Source: a virus
Direction: 5' to 3' (one strand)
Length of the DNA stretch: 64,000 nt
Virus record (IMG/VR): IMGVR_UViG_3300044624_000801
Coordinates: 2,924 to 66,923 of that record
This document shows, in pieces, positions 47,031 through 56,210 of the stretch (the stretch's first letter is position 1; every line of letters starts with the position of its first letter). The notes under the pieces were generated by a model. It was not told where the DNA came from and did no database searches. It worked only from the letters and a program-made list of their open reading frames with translations. A program made the translations under genes and the position numbers.

Positions 47031-48068
47031 ATGAAAGTCTATGAAATTTTATCAGAAACCACGACATTGCAAGAAGCACTGGCTAATGTGATTAAAACTG
47101 GATTCATGAAATATCAGGTAATGAAACCTAATGGTGTTTTAGATCCCAAGATCTTTAGATCGGCTAAAGGTGCTATTCAACACAAGTCACGATTTTACAT
47201 GACTAAATCTCAAAGAGATGCTAAGATAGCCGCTAAACAACGTCAAGGTGCTGGCGGAGAAGCGCCGCTGATCAAAGGTGCCAAGGACAAAATCAGTCCT
47301 ATTAAGAGAGCACCTAACGGTAAAATTTACACTATGGTAGACGGACAACGTCGATACTATTCAAGTTACGCTGACTACATTAGAAAAAGCAAAATCTGGG
47401 GACCCGGTGTTGCAGCCGCAAGCAAACGTACTGCCGCATTTTGGGAGAAATCTTGGGTAGGATCAACACTGTTGGGTCTTGGTGCCAACTTGGCTGTACC
47501 TATCTTAGAATGGCGCAGTGAAGTAGATGCCATTCATGCAGGATACGTTAATGGAGAATTTAGCAAAGAAGATGCTGAGTGGCAAATCAAGGACATTACA
47601 GATTTAACTATTGCCAAGTTTGTTACAATATTTTTAGGTCTAGGCGCAGCAAGATTAGTTGCTGCAAAATTTCCAATAGATAAAATACTGACATGGGTGT
47701 ATGGAAAAATACCCGGGGGTTCTTGGATTGCCGCACTAGACAAACCTGCATTGACTTTGCTAGTTCAATCAGTGTTAATGAAACAACCTATAGTTGAGGA
47801 TCTTGCTAGAGCAGCGTTGCGACTTATTTATGAATACACACCATATGAAGAATACAGTGATAATTTTTGGTATCAATTATTTCGAGTCACTGGTTATGAA
47901 ATGGTCAACGGTGAATTAGACAAACAACGTATTGCTAGCACAGGATCCACCGCAGGTACCACTTCTGGGCAGACCAAACCACCAGTTGCTAAACCAGAAG
48001 ATAACGACATTGATTTTGGGGTTCCTGGAACTGCCGATAGATTGATCAAGCAGTTTGGTCTAGACTAA
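47031..48068 (+). CDS. putative internal head (packaged/ejected) protein
   Basis: Start MKVYEILSE...LQE resembles T4 capsid-targeting propeptides. Late promoter upstream; basic N-half and hydrophobic helices in the C-half. Confidence 0.5.
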   Translation: MKVYEILSETTTLQEALANVIKTGFMKYQVMKPNGVLDPKIFRSAKGAIQHKSRFYMTKSQRDAKIAAKQRQGAGGEAPLIKGAKDKISPIKRAPNGKIYTMVDGQRRYYSSYADYIRKSKIWGPGVAAASKRTAAFWEKSWVGSTLLGLGANLAVPILEWRSEVDAIHAGYVNGEFSKEDAEWQIKDITDLTIAKFVTIFLGLGAARLVAAKFPIDKILTWVYGKIPGGSWIAALDKPALTLLVQSVLMKQPIVEDLARAALRLIYEYTPYEEYSDNFWYQLFRVTGYEMVNGELDKQRIASTGSTAGTTSGQTKPPVAKPEDNDIDFGVPGTADRLIKQFGLD

Positions 48069-48286
48069 AGCGGCAACTTGGTTTTTTGTATAGTTTCAAT
48101 GTTGTCTTTGATTAAAGAACTTAACAACATCCTGTCTTCGTAAGAATATATGTGAAACAGTTCTTGTGCGGATACACCCCCACGCATATACCAACTGATT
48201 TTAAAAATTTCTTCTTTGATACCCTTGACAGTAGATTCTAGTCGCTCAACATATTTGCCTATGTCAGAGTTCGACATAGTCGTCAT
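48065..48286 (-). CDS. small tail/baseplate assembly protein (probable -1 frameshift extension of upstream gene)
   Basis: 73-aa ORF in the -1 frame behind a T TTT TTC site. W..RGG.S..E......EDR resembles the second ORF of tail-chaperone pairs and gp51. Confidence 0.65.
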   Translation of the reverse strand: MTTMSNSDIGKYVERLESTVKGIKEEIFKISWYMRGGVSAQELFHIYSYEDRMLLSSLIKDNIETIQKTKLPL

Positions 48287-49110
48287 TTTCTTACGAAAAA
48301 ACTTGCTTGATCCATGGTGATTTCCAAGTCAGCGGCAGTGCCGCAGTTACTACATTGAGATTTTACTGCGGGCAGTTTCCAATTTTTTCTATTGTTTTCT
48401 ATACAATCTTTAATTTTTTCAAACAATTCTGATTCACTGTTGGTAATCCATTCTTTGATATAAGCCTGTTGATTGACCACAGCATCGGGAATTTCTACAC
48501 TGTCGATACTTTGAATAAACACTTCAGTTTGCAGTGCGGCTATTTTGGTGTACAAATCGTTGACAGTTTTTTGATTTTCAGGGTTGTCAAAATTTTGTGC
48601 AGACTGGATCAACATTTTTTGCAGTGTGTAGTTTTCTAAATTAAAAGTGGTCATCTCTTTATAGGTTAAAGGTCTAATTTTTACTTTGACATCACCAAGA
48701 TCCACAGTGTCATGAAACTCTACATGATTGAAATGATCATTTAACAAGCCTAGATCAATCTCATATTCATTTTCGGTACTGCAATTGCCACAGGTATGTT
48801 CAATAGTCATCATGTTGCCATATGTGGCAATCCTGATAGCAATCAATAGATGGTCTAAATCAACAGCATTTATTTGCCAGCCATCGGTAATGGTAGCACA
48901 ACAACTTTGAATAACTTTCACTGTGGATTCACCGTTGAACAATGCATCGGGAGTTTTCAACAGAATTTCATCCATGCCGGTCATAGAATACACTGGGATC
49001 TGTGTAGGATCTCCTTCAACAACATCTGGTGCAGTATACAAACCTTTACTGGGCAATGACACATACAGTTTGGGTTGTCTAAAATATTTTTGCAATGGAT
49101 TTTGGCTCAT
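48283..49110 (-). CDS. gp26: baseplate hub assembly / tail chaperone gp26-like
   Basis: NPL..YFRQPKLYVSLPS.G..Y, MTG.DEI..K, D.D.LL.AIR.ATYG, and two CxxC pairs (CGNC, CSNC). ATG at 49110 after GGAG. Confidence 0.75.
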   Translation of the reverse strand: MSQNPLQKYFRQPKLYVSLPSKGLYTAPDVVEGDPTQIPVYSMTGMDEILLKTPDALFNGESTVKVIQSCCATITDGWQINAVDLDHLLIAIRIATYGNMMTIEHTCGNCSTENEYEIDLGLLNDHFNHVEFHDTVDLGDVKVKIRPLTYKEMTTFNLENYTLQKMLIQSAQNFDNPENQKTVNDLYTKIAALQTEVFIQSIDSVEIPDAVVNQQAYIKEWITNSESELFEKIKDCIENNRKNWKLPAVKSQCSNCGTAADLEITMDQASFFVRK

Positions 49111-49120
49111 ATTAACTCCG

Positions 49121-49128
49121 TATAAATA
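49121..49128 (+). promoter_or_regulatory. late promoter TATAAATA (tape measure/head operon)
   Basis: Perfect consensus. Confidence 0.8.
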
Positions 49129-49137
49129 TAACATAGG

Positions 49138-49145
49138 TATTTATA
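49138..49145 (-). promoter_or_regulatory. late promoter TATAAATA (gp26)
   Basis: Perfect consensus on the minus strand. Confidence 0.8.
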
Positions 49146-49169
49146 TACGTAGTTTTTAGGATAGAAATT

Positions 49170-52100
49170 ATGACGGCATTGACCAAAGATGATTTAGTAG
49201 ACGCACTTAGACAAGTAGCTCGTAGTGCTCCTGCCGCGGCGCCAGTAAATTTGGGTCCTGGAGGCGGAAAAGATTTTCTAAAAAACCTAAGCGAAGGTGC
49301 TAACATTGCCGGCGGCGCACTGAGAGGAGTCATAGAGGGCGGCGTTAAGTTCGGCGATACTGTAGGTGGTGTTGGACAATTAATTGGCAGAATAGGCGAC
49401 AAAAGTAAAATTGCAGGCGATGCATTGTCTTACATGGGTCAATATGCACAACAGTCAGTTGATGCCATGCGAAATTTTGGTAAATTTGGTGCTGGATTCA
49501 ACGGCGATGCTATTGCTATGCGCAGTAGTATTGCACAAACCAATATGAGTTTAGAAGAATACGGCAAATTTTTAAACAAAAATACCAGTATTCTCAATGC
49601 TATGGGCGGATCTGTTACTCAAGGTGTTGCAAGATTCAATGAGTTCAGTCAGGCATTCTTTGATCAACAGGCTAAACAAGGAGATTCATTTGGATCTGTT
49701 AGTGATCAGTTAAGAAATTTAGGAATGACATCAGAAGAAATCAATGGCACACTGGCCATTGAACTGGCGTCAAGACGATTTCAAAACATGGAAGATACCA
49801 AAAGTAGAGAAGATGCCATTGCATCGGCTGCATCAATGGCTACGGAGATGGATAAAATTGCCAAATTAACTGGCAAAAGTAGAGAAACACAACAGGCAGA
49901 AATGGCACTATTAGAAAAAGACGGCCAGTATCAAGCCAACTTACGTATGCTCCAACGTCAAGGCAATACATTTGCCGTCGAAGGCATGACGAAAGCCATG
50001 ACCAGTATGCAACAATTTGGTCCAGGCGTTCAAAATCTAATGAAAGATTTTCTAGCATTTGGCACAGCCACTAAAGAGACACAGGATACATTGGCGGGAT
50101 TGGGACCAGCGGGTACCGAATTGCAAAATGCCATACAAATGGTCAAGTCGGCAAAAACAGAAGAACAAAAAATTGCTGCAGAAGCAGCAGTGAAACGTGC
50201 AGAAGAAGCGATCAAATCTCAAATCCTTAGCGATGATTTTACAGCGGCGGCTGGAATGAATACCAAAGGCTTTAGGCAATTAGCAGACCAGACAACTACT
50301 ATAGCCGCAGGTATGGACAAAGTGGCTACAGCAAACAACTTGAATCTAAGTTTGGAAGCAGATCGCCGTAAAGCTAATCAAATACTAAATGCACAGGCTA
50401 AACAACAACAAGACGATGCAAGAACACTGGCAAAGCCAGGTGAAGCAGATGCTGGCAAAGCCACAACCCAAGCAGTGGTACAGTTTGAAAAAGTCATGCA
50501 GAATGCCACTGCTGCGGTTCAAGATCAGTTTGTCAACAGATTGAACGGCGAAATTGCGACAGGCATGATTGAATTTACAAAGTTTTTGAAAGCGCCAGGA
50601 TTCAGTAGAGAACGTATGGCGGGTGGTGTAGAAAAAGGCTACACTGGAATTAAAGAAGCATTTAATAACCCAGGCAGTCTAATTCCAGGAAAAGATCCTA
50701 ATAACCCCGATGCTAACCGTAGACCAGGAAGGCCAGAAGAGCGCTCAGAGGGAACCTACGGTGCTGGAAAAATGTTTGAAAATGTTGGATCAATACTAGA
50801 AATTACCAAACCCGGTGAAGTTGTACTGAACGGCGAACAACAAATGAATCTAGCCAAAGGCATGATGGACAAAGGTGCTGCCACTGCATTTAATAACTTG
50901 TCAAAGAATTTAGATCTTAGCAAACTGTCAGCAGGCATGCCCAAGTTTGAAATGCCTAAGTTTGAAATGCCTAAGTTTGAAATGCCTAAGTTTGATGCTT
51001 CGGCACTTAAAGGCACAATAACTGAAAACGGTAAGACTAGAGAAATGTCTCAGGCAGATTTAAGCAAGGCCACAAATGATATTAGCAAGATGATGGGCAA
51101 TCTTGATTTGACTCAACTGAGTAAAAAATTTACTACTGAGATTAGTTCGGTTACTGGTGGCGGCGCCAGCACAGTCAAAGGTCCAGACATAAAAGAATTA
51201 TCAAAACCTTTTGAAAAATCTTTTGCCGATATGCCCGCAACAGGTTCACAATTGACACAATCAGCATCTGTTGAAAAACTTGCACAAGAACAGGCATTGG
51301 CATCAAAGAAACAACAAGCAGAAGCCAGTGTTGAATCTGCTAAAATTTACAAAGACTCGTCTGAAAAATTTGTTTCTTTCTTAGAAAAAGATATTGCAGC
51401 CAAAGAACAAGAACTGGCTGCTACTGACAGTGAAAGAACAAAACGTCGATTAGAAAATGAGTTGACAACTCAGCGAACCAAGTTAGATGGTGCAAAATCT
51501 CAAGTGATTGAAGACACTAAAAATTTATTAACTGCTGAAAAAGAGTTGGCCGATGCTCAACAACAATCTGTCGCTGCAGAAGCCAGCATACGAGAAGAAA
51601 CTATTCAGCAGACTAATAATATTGCAGAACAGACACAGTCAATGTTGGCAACTAAAAAAGAGTTTTCTGATTCTGAACTACAACAAATTGGACACGAATT
51701 ATCTACTCTGGCTGACGAAAAGCAAGTGCAATCAATACGACAAGCCAGTGTTCAGACTAGCCTAGATAAATTACAAGCACAAAAAGATATCTACGAAAAT
51801 AATCAACGGTATGAAGAAAAAGATCTTGCAGAGTCTAACGAAGAATTGGCTATGCTGCGCAATAGAATTGACAATTCAGAATCAGCAGCAGAAATTCAAG
51901 AACTACAAGCGCAAATAGCCGATGAAGAAAGTATAAATCTATCTTTGCAAAATCGTATTGCTGAACGAAATCAAAACATTTTAAATGCCACTGCTGATAT
52001 TGCAATAAAAGAACAAGAACTGCAAGATCTCAAAGAAGAAATGGCTGACACTGAGATTGCCATTCAAGACAAACAGTCTAAACTGTTAGATCATGTCAGC

Positions 52101-52649
52101 AACCAAGGCGAAATAGTAACAGAGTCTGATGAAGACTTAGCATTGTATGGTGCTAATCAACCGGAAATTACTGAAGAGTCTCCTGAAGATTTGGCATTGT
52201 ATGGCGCTAATCAGACACCTCGTGACACTGAGTTTGGTGATCTAGCAGGTGCTATTGCAAAAAATAAAACTCAGACTACCACAGGACGAGATCCATTTGC
52301 CAGCATGCTGGATAGATTTATGGGTCCAATGGCAGGACCTGCCAGTGCTACTGCCGGTGTTGATGCTGCTAAGAATTCAGCAGTGAAAGATGCTGAGAAA
52401 AAAGATGCAGAGGCCAAACAACAGGCGCAGACTGCTAAAACCGCAACTGCAACTGCAACTGATGCCAAACCAAAAACTACCGCAGGTGCCGGCAAAGAAA
52501 CAACCTTATCTGATGTAGTGGCCAGCCTAGATACGTTAAATATGCAAGTAGGCAAACTGTCTGGTGAAATGTCCAAGTTGCCAAATTTAATGGAAAAAGC
52601 AGTGTCAGCAACCAAATCGTTGAATGGCAATCTTAATATGAGAGCATAA
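49170..52649 (+). CDS. tape measure-like protein (gp29-like)
   Basis: 1159 aa, Ala/Gln/Glu-rich helical coiled coil, next to the tail-chaperone genes. Confidence 0.65.
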   Translation: MTALTKDDLVDALRQVARSAPAAAPVNLGPGGGKDFLKNLSEGANIAGGALRGVIEGGVKFGDTVGGVGQLIGRIGDKSKIAGDALSYMGQYAQQSVDAMRNFGKFGAGFNGDAIAMRSSIAQTNMSLEEYGKFLNKNTSILNAMGGSVTQGVARFNEFSQAFFDQQAKQGDSFGSVSDQLRNLGMTSEEINGTLAIELASRRFQNMEDTKSREDAIASAASMATEMDKIAKLTGKSRETQQAEMALLEKDGQYQANLRMLQRQGNTFAVEGMTKAMTSMQQFGPGVQNLMKDFLAFGTATKETQDTLAGLGPAGTELQNAIQMVKSAKTEEQKIAAEAAVKRAEEAIKSQILSDDFTAAAGMNTKGFRQLADQTTTIAAGMDKVATANNLNLSLEADRRKANQILNAQAKQQQDDARTLAKPGEADAGKATTQAVVQFEKVMQNATAAVQDQFVNRLNGEIATGMIEFTKFLKAPGFSRERMAGGVEKGYTGIKEAFNNPGSLIPGKDPNNPDANRRPGRPEERSEGTYGAGKMFENVGSILEITKPGEVVLNGEQQMNLAKGMMDKGAATAFNNLSKNLDLSKLSAGMPKFEMPKFEMPKFEMPKFDASALKGTITENGKTREMSQADLSKATNDISKMMGNLDLTQLSKKFTTEISSVTGGGASTVKGPDIKELSKPFEKSFADMPATGSQLTQSASVEKLAQEQALASKKQQAEASVESAKIYKDSSEKFVSFLEKDIAAKEQELAATDSERTKRRLENELTTQRTKLDGAKSQVIEDTKNLLTAEKELADAQQQSVAAEASIREETIQQTNNIAEQTQSMLATKKEFSDSELQQIGHELSTLADEKQVQSIRQASVQTSLDKLQAQKDIYENNQRYEEKDLAESNEELAMLRNRIDNSESAAEIQELQAQIADEESINLSLQNRIAERNQNILNATADIAIKEQELQDLKEEMADTEIAIQDKQSKLLDHVSNQGEIVTESDEDLALYGANQPEITEESPEDLALYGANQTPRDTEFGDLAGAIAKNKTQTTTGRDPFASMLDRFMGPMAGPASATAGVDAAKNSAVKDAEKKDAEAKQQAQTAKTATATATDAKPKTTAGAGKETTLSDVVASLDTLNMQVGKLSGEMSKLPNLMEKAVSATKSLNGNLNMRA
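50937..50996 (+). repeat. 15-bp tandem repeat x4 (MPKFE)
   Basis: ATGCC(C/T)AAGTTTGA(A/T) repeated four times in frame. Confidence 0.95.
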
Positions 52650-52651
52650 CT

Positions 52652-54376
52652 ATGTCGTGGAAAAAATATTTTACCCCTGTTAATACTGGTGCGTTAACTG
52701 ACGGCACGTGGAGTCCTATGAGCAGCCAGAACTCCAGCAGACCAGGACCTGCTAGAACAAACTACAGTAGTTTTTTGCCGGATGTCTATACAGGTAGCCC
52801 CAACAGAGTCGAACGATATCTGCAGTATGACACAATGGATATGGATCCAGAAGTAAATGCAGCGTTGGATATTTTAGCAGAATTTTGCACACAGAAGAAC
52901 AAAGAAAACAATACACCGTTTAATTTATTTTTTAAAAACAAAGCAACCAATACAGAAATACGTATTCTAAGAGAATATCTACAGCAATGGTCAAAGTTGC
53001 AAGAATTTGACACACGAATTTTTAGAACTATTCGTAATCTTTTCAAATACGGCGATGCATTTTTTGTACGTGATCCAGAAAATCAAAAGTGGATGTATAT
53101 AGATGCTGGTAAAATTACCAAGATCATAGTAAACGAAAGTGAAGGCAAAATGCCTGAACAATATGTAATCAAAGACCTCAATATCAATTTAAAAGATCTT
53201 GCAGTGACGATGATACATCCCAACACTACTAATACACAAAATAGAGGAACTACCTATGCTGCCGGCGGCAGTAACGGCAGTGCAGGCCCTGGTGGTGCAT
53301 ACAATGTTTCAACTGGATCTAGATTTGAATTAACACAGATGGAAGAAGCAGTAAATGCTGAACATGTGATTCATCTCAGCCTCAGTGAAGGACTAGACAA
53401 CAACTATCCGTTTGGCAACAGTTTGTTAGAACAAGTATTCAAAGTATTCAAACAAAAAGAGTTATTAGAAGATGCTATCATTATCTATCGTGTACAACGT
53501 GCGCCAGAACGCCGAGTGTTCTATGTTGACGTAGGTAATATGCCCAGTCACTTGGCTATGGGATTTGTTGAGCGTGTTAAAAATGAAATACATCAACGTA
53601 GGATTCCCAGTAGCACTGGCGGTGGTACTAACGTTATTGATTCAGCATACAATCCGCTGAGTATTAACGAAGATTACTTCTTTCCACAAACTGCTGAAGG
53701 ACGTGGAAGTAAAGTTGAAACTTTACCAGGAGGAACGAATCTTGGTGAGATTGACGACTTAAAATTCTTTACAAACAAGTTGTTCCGTGGTTTAAGAATT
53801 CCCAGTAGTTATTTGCCCACAGGCGCAGACGACAGTCAAGCGCAGTACAACGATGGCCGTGTGGGCACAGCGTATATTCAAGAATTTAGATTTAACAAAT
53901 ATTGTGAAAGACTACAGAGTTTAGCAGCCAGTATATTTGACGAAGAATTTAAATTATATCTACACAACAGAGGAGTCAATATTGATTCCAGTTTGTTTGA
54001 ATTGAAACTACAACCTCCAATGAACTTTGCAGCATATCGTCAAAGTGAAGTAGATGGCCAGCGTATCAATACATTTAATACTATTCAAGCAGTACCGTTC
54101 ATCAGCAAACGATTTGCACTAAAACGTTTCTTAGGACTGAGTGAAGAAGAGATGGCAGAAAATGAATTGTTGTGGAGCGAAGAACAAGGCAAGAGTGATC
54201 CAATACCCACAGACAGCAGTGGAGAACTAAGATCTATTGGCCTAAGTCAAGGAAATATTGCTGCTGATGTTGATGCTGCTACTGATACTGAAGGTACACC
54301 CGAACAATCTGATGCAATACCAGAACCTGGAACTGAACCGTTACCAGTAACCCCCGCAACTCCGCCAACAGCATAA
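52652..54376 (+). CDS. gp20: portal vertex protein gp20
   Basis: LLEDAIIIYRVQRAPERRVFYVDVGNMP, EDYFFP...GRGSKVETLPGG.NLGEIDD and LRIPSS. Confidence 0.97.
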   Translation: MSWKKYFTPVNTGALTDGTWSPMSSQNSSRPGPARTNYSSFLPDVYTGSPNRVERYLQYDTMDMDPEVNAALDILAEFCTQKNKENNTPFNLFFKNKATNTEIRILREYLQQWSKLQEFDTRIFRTIRNLFKYGDAFFVRDPENQKWMYIDAGKITKIIVNESEGKMPEQYVIKDLNINLKDLAVTMIHPNTTNTQNRGTTYAAGGSNGSAGPGGAYNVSTGSRFELTQMEEAVNAEHVIHLSLSEGLDNNYPFGNSLLEQVFKVFKQKELLEDAIIIYRVQRAPERRVFYVDVGNMPSHLAMGFVERVKNEIHQRRIPSSTGGGTNVIDSAYNPLSINEDYFFPQTAEGRGSKVETLPGGTNLGEIDDLKFFTNKLFRGLRIPSSYLPTGADDSQAQYNDGRVGTAYIQEFRFNKYCERLQSLAASIFDEEFKLYLHNRGVNIDSSLFELKLQPPMNFAAYRQSEVDGQRINTFNTIQAVPFISKRFALKRFLGLSEEEMAENELLWSEEQGKSDPIPTDSSGELRSIGLSQGNIAADVDAATDTEGTPEQSDAIPEPGTEPLPVTPATPPTA

Positions 54377-54379
54377 ATA
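54372..54379 (+). promoter_or_regulatory. late promoter variant CATAAATA
   Basis: 7/8 match, 4 nt before the ATG at 54384. Confidence 0.6.
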
Positions 54380-54383
54380 TCAT

Positions 54384-54623
54384 ATGATTCTAAGAGAACT
54401 GTTTTACGTTGACAATGACAAAAAATCTCTGTCCAATGACATGAGATACGAACCTCGCCGAGACAAAACCGCAATATCTAAAAACGACACTAGAAAAACT
54501 AGATTAACATTGGGTCAAATTAATCAATTGAGAAAAACTAGTGAAGCACACATCTTAGAACAAGAACAAGAATTGCAATTTGTAAAAATAATGTACGGTG
54601 CGCCACCTCCGGCACCACAATAA
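54384..54623 (+). CDS. small prohead-associated protein
   Basis: 79 aa directly after portal, with a MILRELF propeptide-like start. Confidence 0.6.
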   Translation: MILRELFYVDNDKKSLSNDMRYEPRRDKTAISKNDTRKTRLTLGQINQLRKTSEAHILEQEQELQFVKIMYGAPPPAPQ

Positions 54624-54657
54624 AATCTCTTTGATAAATTAATACAAGGAGATTAAT

Positions 54658-55239
54658 ATGCGTTGTTTTGTGCTAGGCAACGGCAAAAGCCGTCTTGCAA
54701 TACAGCCCCCAGATCTAAAAGCATACGGAAAAATATACGGATGCAATGCTTTATATAGAGAATTTGATCCAGATTTTTTAATTGCAGTAGATCCCAAAAT
54801 GGTTATGGAACTAAACAGTGTCGGTTATCAACACCAGCATTCAGTGTGGACCAATGGCAATGCTAGATACAAAGCATTTAGGGGATTCAACTATTTTATT
54901 CCCAGTCTAGGATGGAGTAGCGGACCAACAGCATTGGATATGGCTTCTCGATCAGGTGTAGACGAAATATATATTTTGGGGTTTGACTATGAAGGTGAAA
55001 ATGGCAAACTAAACAATGTCTATGCCAACACAAAAAATTACAAACTATCTAGTGACGTGGCCACTTACTATGGTAACTGGATGCGACAAACAGAAAAAGT
55101 TATTCGAGACAACAAGCATATAAAATATTATCGACTAGTTGGTGATAAATATTTTGACACAAATTGGCACTTCTCAAACTTTAAAAATTTAAACTACACA
55201 GAATTTAAACAAATATCCAAGACTTGGCCTAAAAACTAG
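54658..55239 (+). CDS. GT29/GT42/MptE-like (DUF115-type) sugar-transferase-fold protein
   Basis: VLGNGKS, YGCNALYR, SSGPTA and IYILGFD motifs of the sialyltransferase/Maf-like Rossmann fold. Confidence 0.55.
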   Translation: MRCFVLGNGKSRLAIQPPDLKAYGKIYGCNALYREFDPDFLIAVDPKMVMELNSVGYQHQHSVWTNGNARYKAFRGFNYFIPSLGWSSGPTALDMASRSGVDEIYILGFDYEGENGKLNNVYANTKNYKLSSDVATYYGNWMRQTEKVIRDNKHIKYYRLVGDKYFDTNWHFSNFKNLNYTEFKQISKTWPKN

Positions 55240-55277
55240 CATTTTAAGGCCATTTCACCCCATTTATTACAATTAAA

Positions 55278-55285
55278 AGTAAATA
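55278..55285 (+). promoter_or_regulatory. late promoter variant AGTAAATA
   Basis: TAAATA core upstream of the AGGAG RBS of the ORF at 55320. Confidence 0.5.
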
Positions 55286-55319
55286 TATCAACAGCCTTGT
55301 AACCATAGGAGACAAAACA

Positions 55320-56210
55320 ATGACTGATCGAAACAAATTTGAACAGATGCTTGAGTCTTTGGTCAATGACGACCAAGCCAGAGCAAAGGAATTATTCCAC
55401 CAAATCGTGGTAGAAAAATCACGTGAGATTTATGAAAATCTTCTTGCTGAAGAATTTGACGAAGACGTTGAAGAAACTAGAGAAGATAATGACATGGAAG
55501 AATCTATGGCAGATGAAGACATGGAAGAATCTATGGCAGATGAAGACATGGAAGAAGGCATGGACGAAGAAACTGAAGAAGGTTTTGACATGTCTATGGA
55601 AGCCGAAGACGACGAAATGCCAATGGATGGCGACAAAATGTCATCAATGGACAAAAGCGATGATTTCATCGATGATGTCACTGGTGATACAGGTAGCCCA
55701 CAGGAAGTAGTTGCTGACATTGGTGCAGCAGTTGATGACTTAGATGCATTGGTTGCTGAATTAGAAAACGCTATTGCAGCATTTGATGGCAGTAAAGAAG
55801 ATAATGCAGAAATGGATGATGAAGATGATATAATGTCCAAAGAACAGTATGCATTTGAAGATGAGCAAATGATGCGTGAGTATGTAGAAAAAGTAGGCGA
55901 AGCCTACAAAGGCGGCAAAGTTGCTAGCACAAGCGAAGCAGGCGGCGCCAATACAAAAAGTATCTTAGCCAAGAAGAATGACATGGGCGGCACAACTGCT
56001 AACATTGCCAAGGGCGGTGAAGGCGGCGGTAACAAAACCAGCCTACCAGGTCATGCAAACGCCAAGACTGAAAATCTTGGCAACATAAATGTTCCAGGCG
56101 GCAAAGCTGGTGTGAAGCATCTTAAGGGTGTGCCAGCAGGTCACGGAGCAGAAAAGAAAGGCAGTGGCGACACTGCTACCAATAAGAAAAGTATAATTGG
56201 ATCTAGATAA
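55320..56210 (+). CDS. acidic prohead core protein (gp67/gp68 position)
   Basis: Very Glu/Asp-rich, between portal and protease, with many Glu sites suited to gp21 cleavage. Confidence 0.65.
   Translation: MTDRNKFEQMLESLVNDDQARAKELFHQIVVEKSREIYENLLAEEFDEDVEETREDNDMEESMADEDMEESMADEDMEEGMDEETEEGFDMSMEAEDDEMPMDGDKMSSMDKSDDFIDDVTGDTGSPQEVVADIGAAVDDLDALVAELENAIAAFDGSKEDNAEMDDEDDIMSKEQYAFEDEQMMREYVEKVGEAYKGGKVASTSEAGGANTKSILAKKNDMGGTTANIAKGGEGGGNKTSLPGHANAKTENLGNINVPGGKAGVKHLKGVPAGHGAEKKGSGDTATNKKSIIGSR
55491..55571 (+). repeat. 27-bp tandem repeat x3 (DMEESMADE)
   Basis: GACATGGAAGAATCTATGGCAGATGAA twice exactly, plus one degenerate copy. Confidence 0.9.

Noticed and set aside
50937-55571. Tandem repeats as CRISPR arrays
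   Set aside because: They have no spacers, are in-frame coding repeats, and no cas genes are present.
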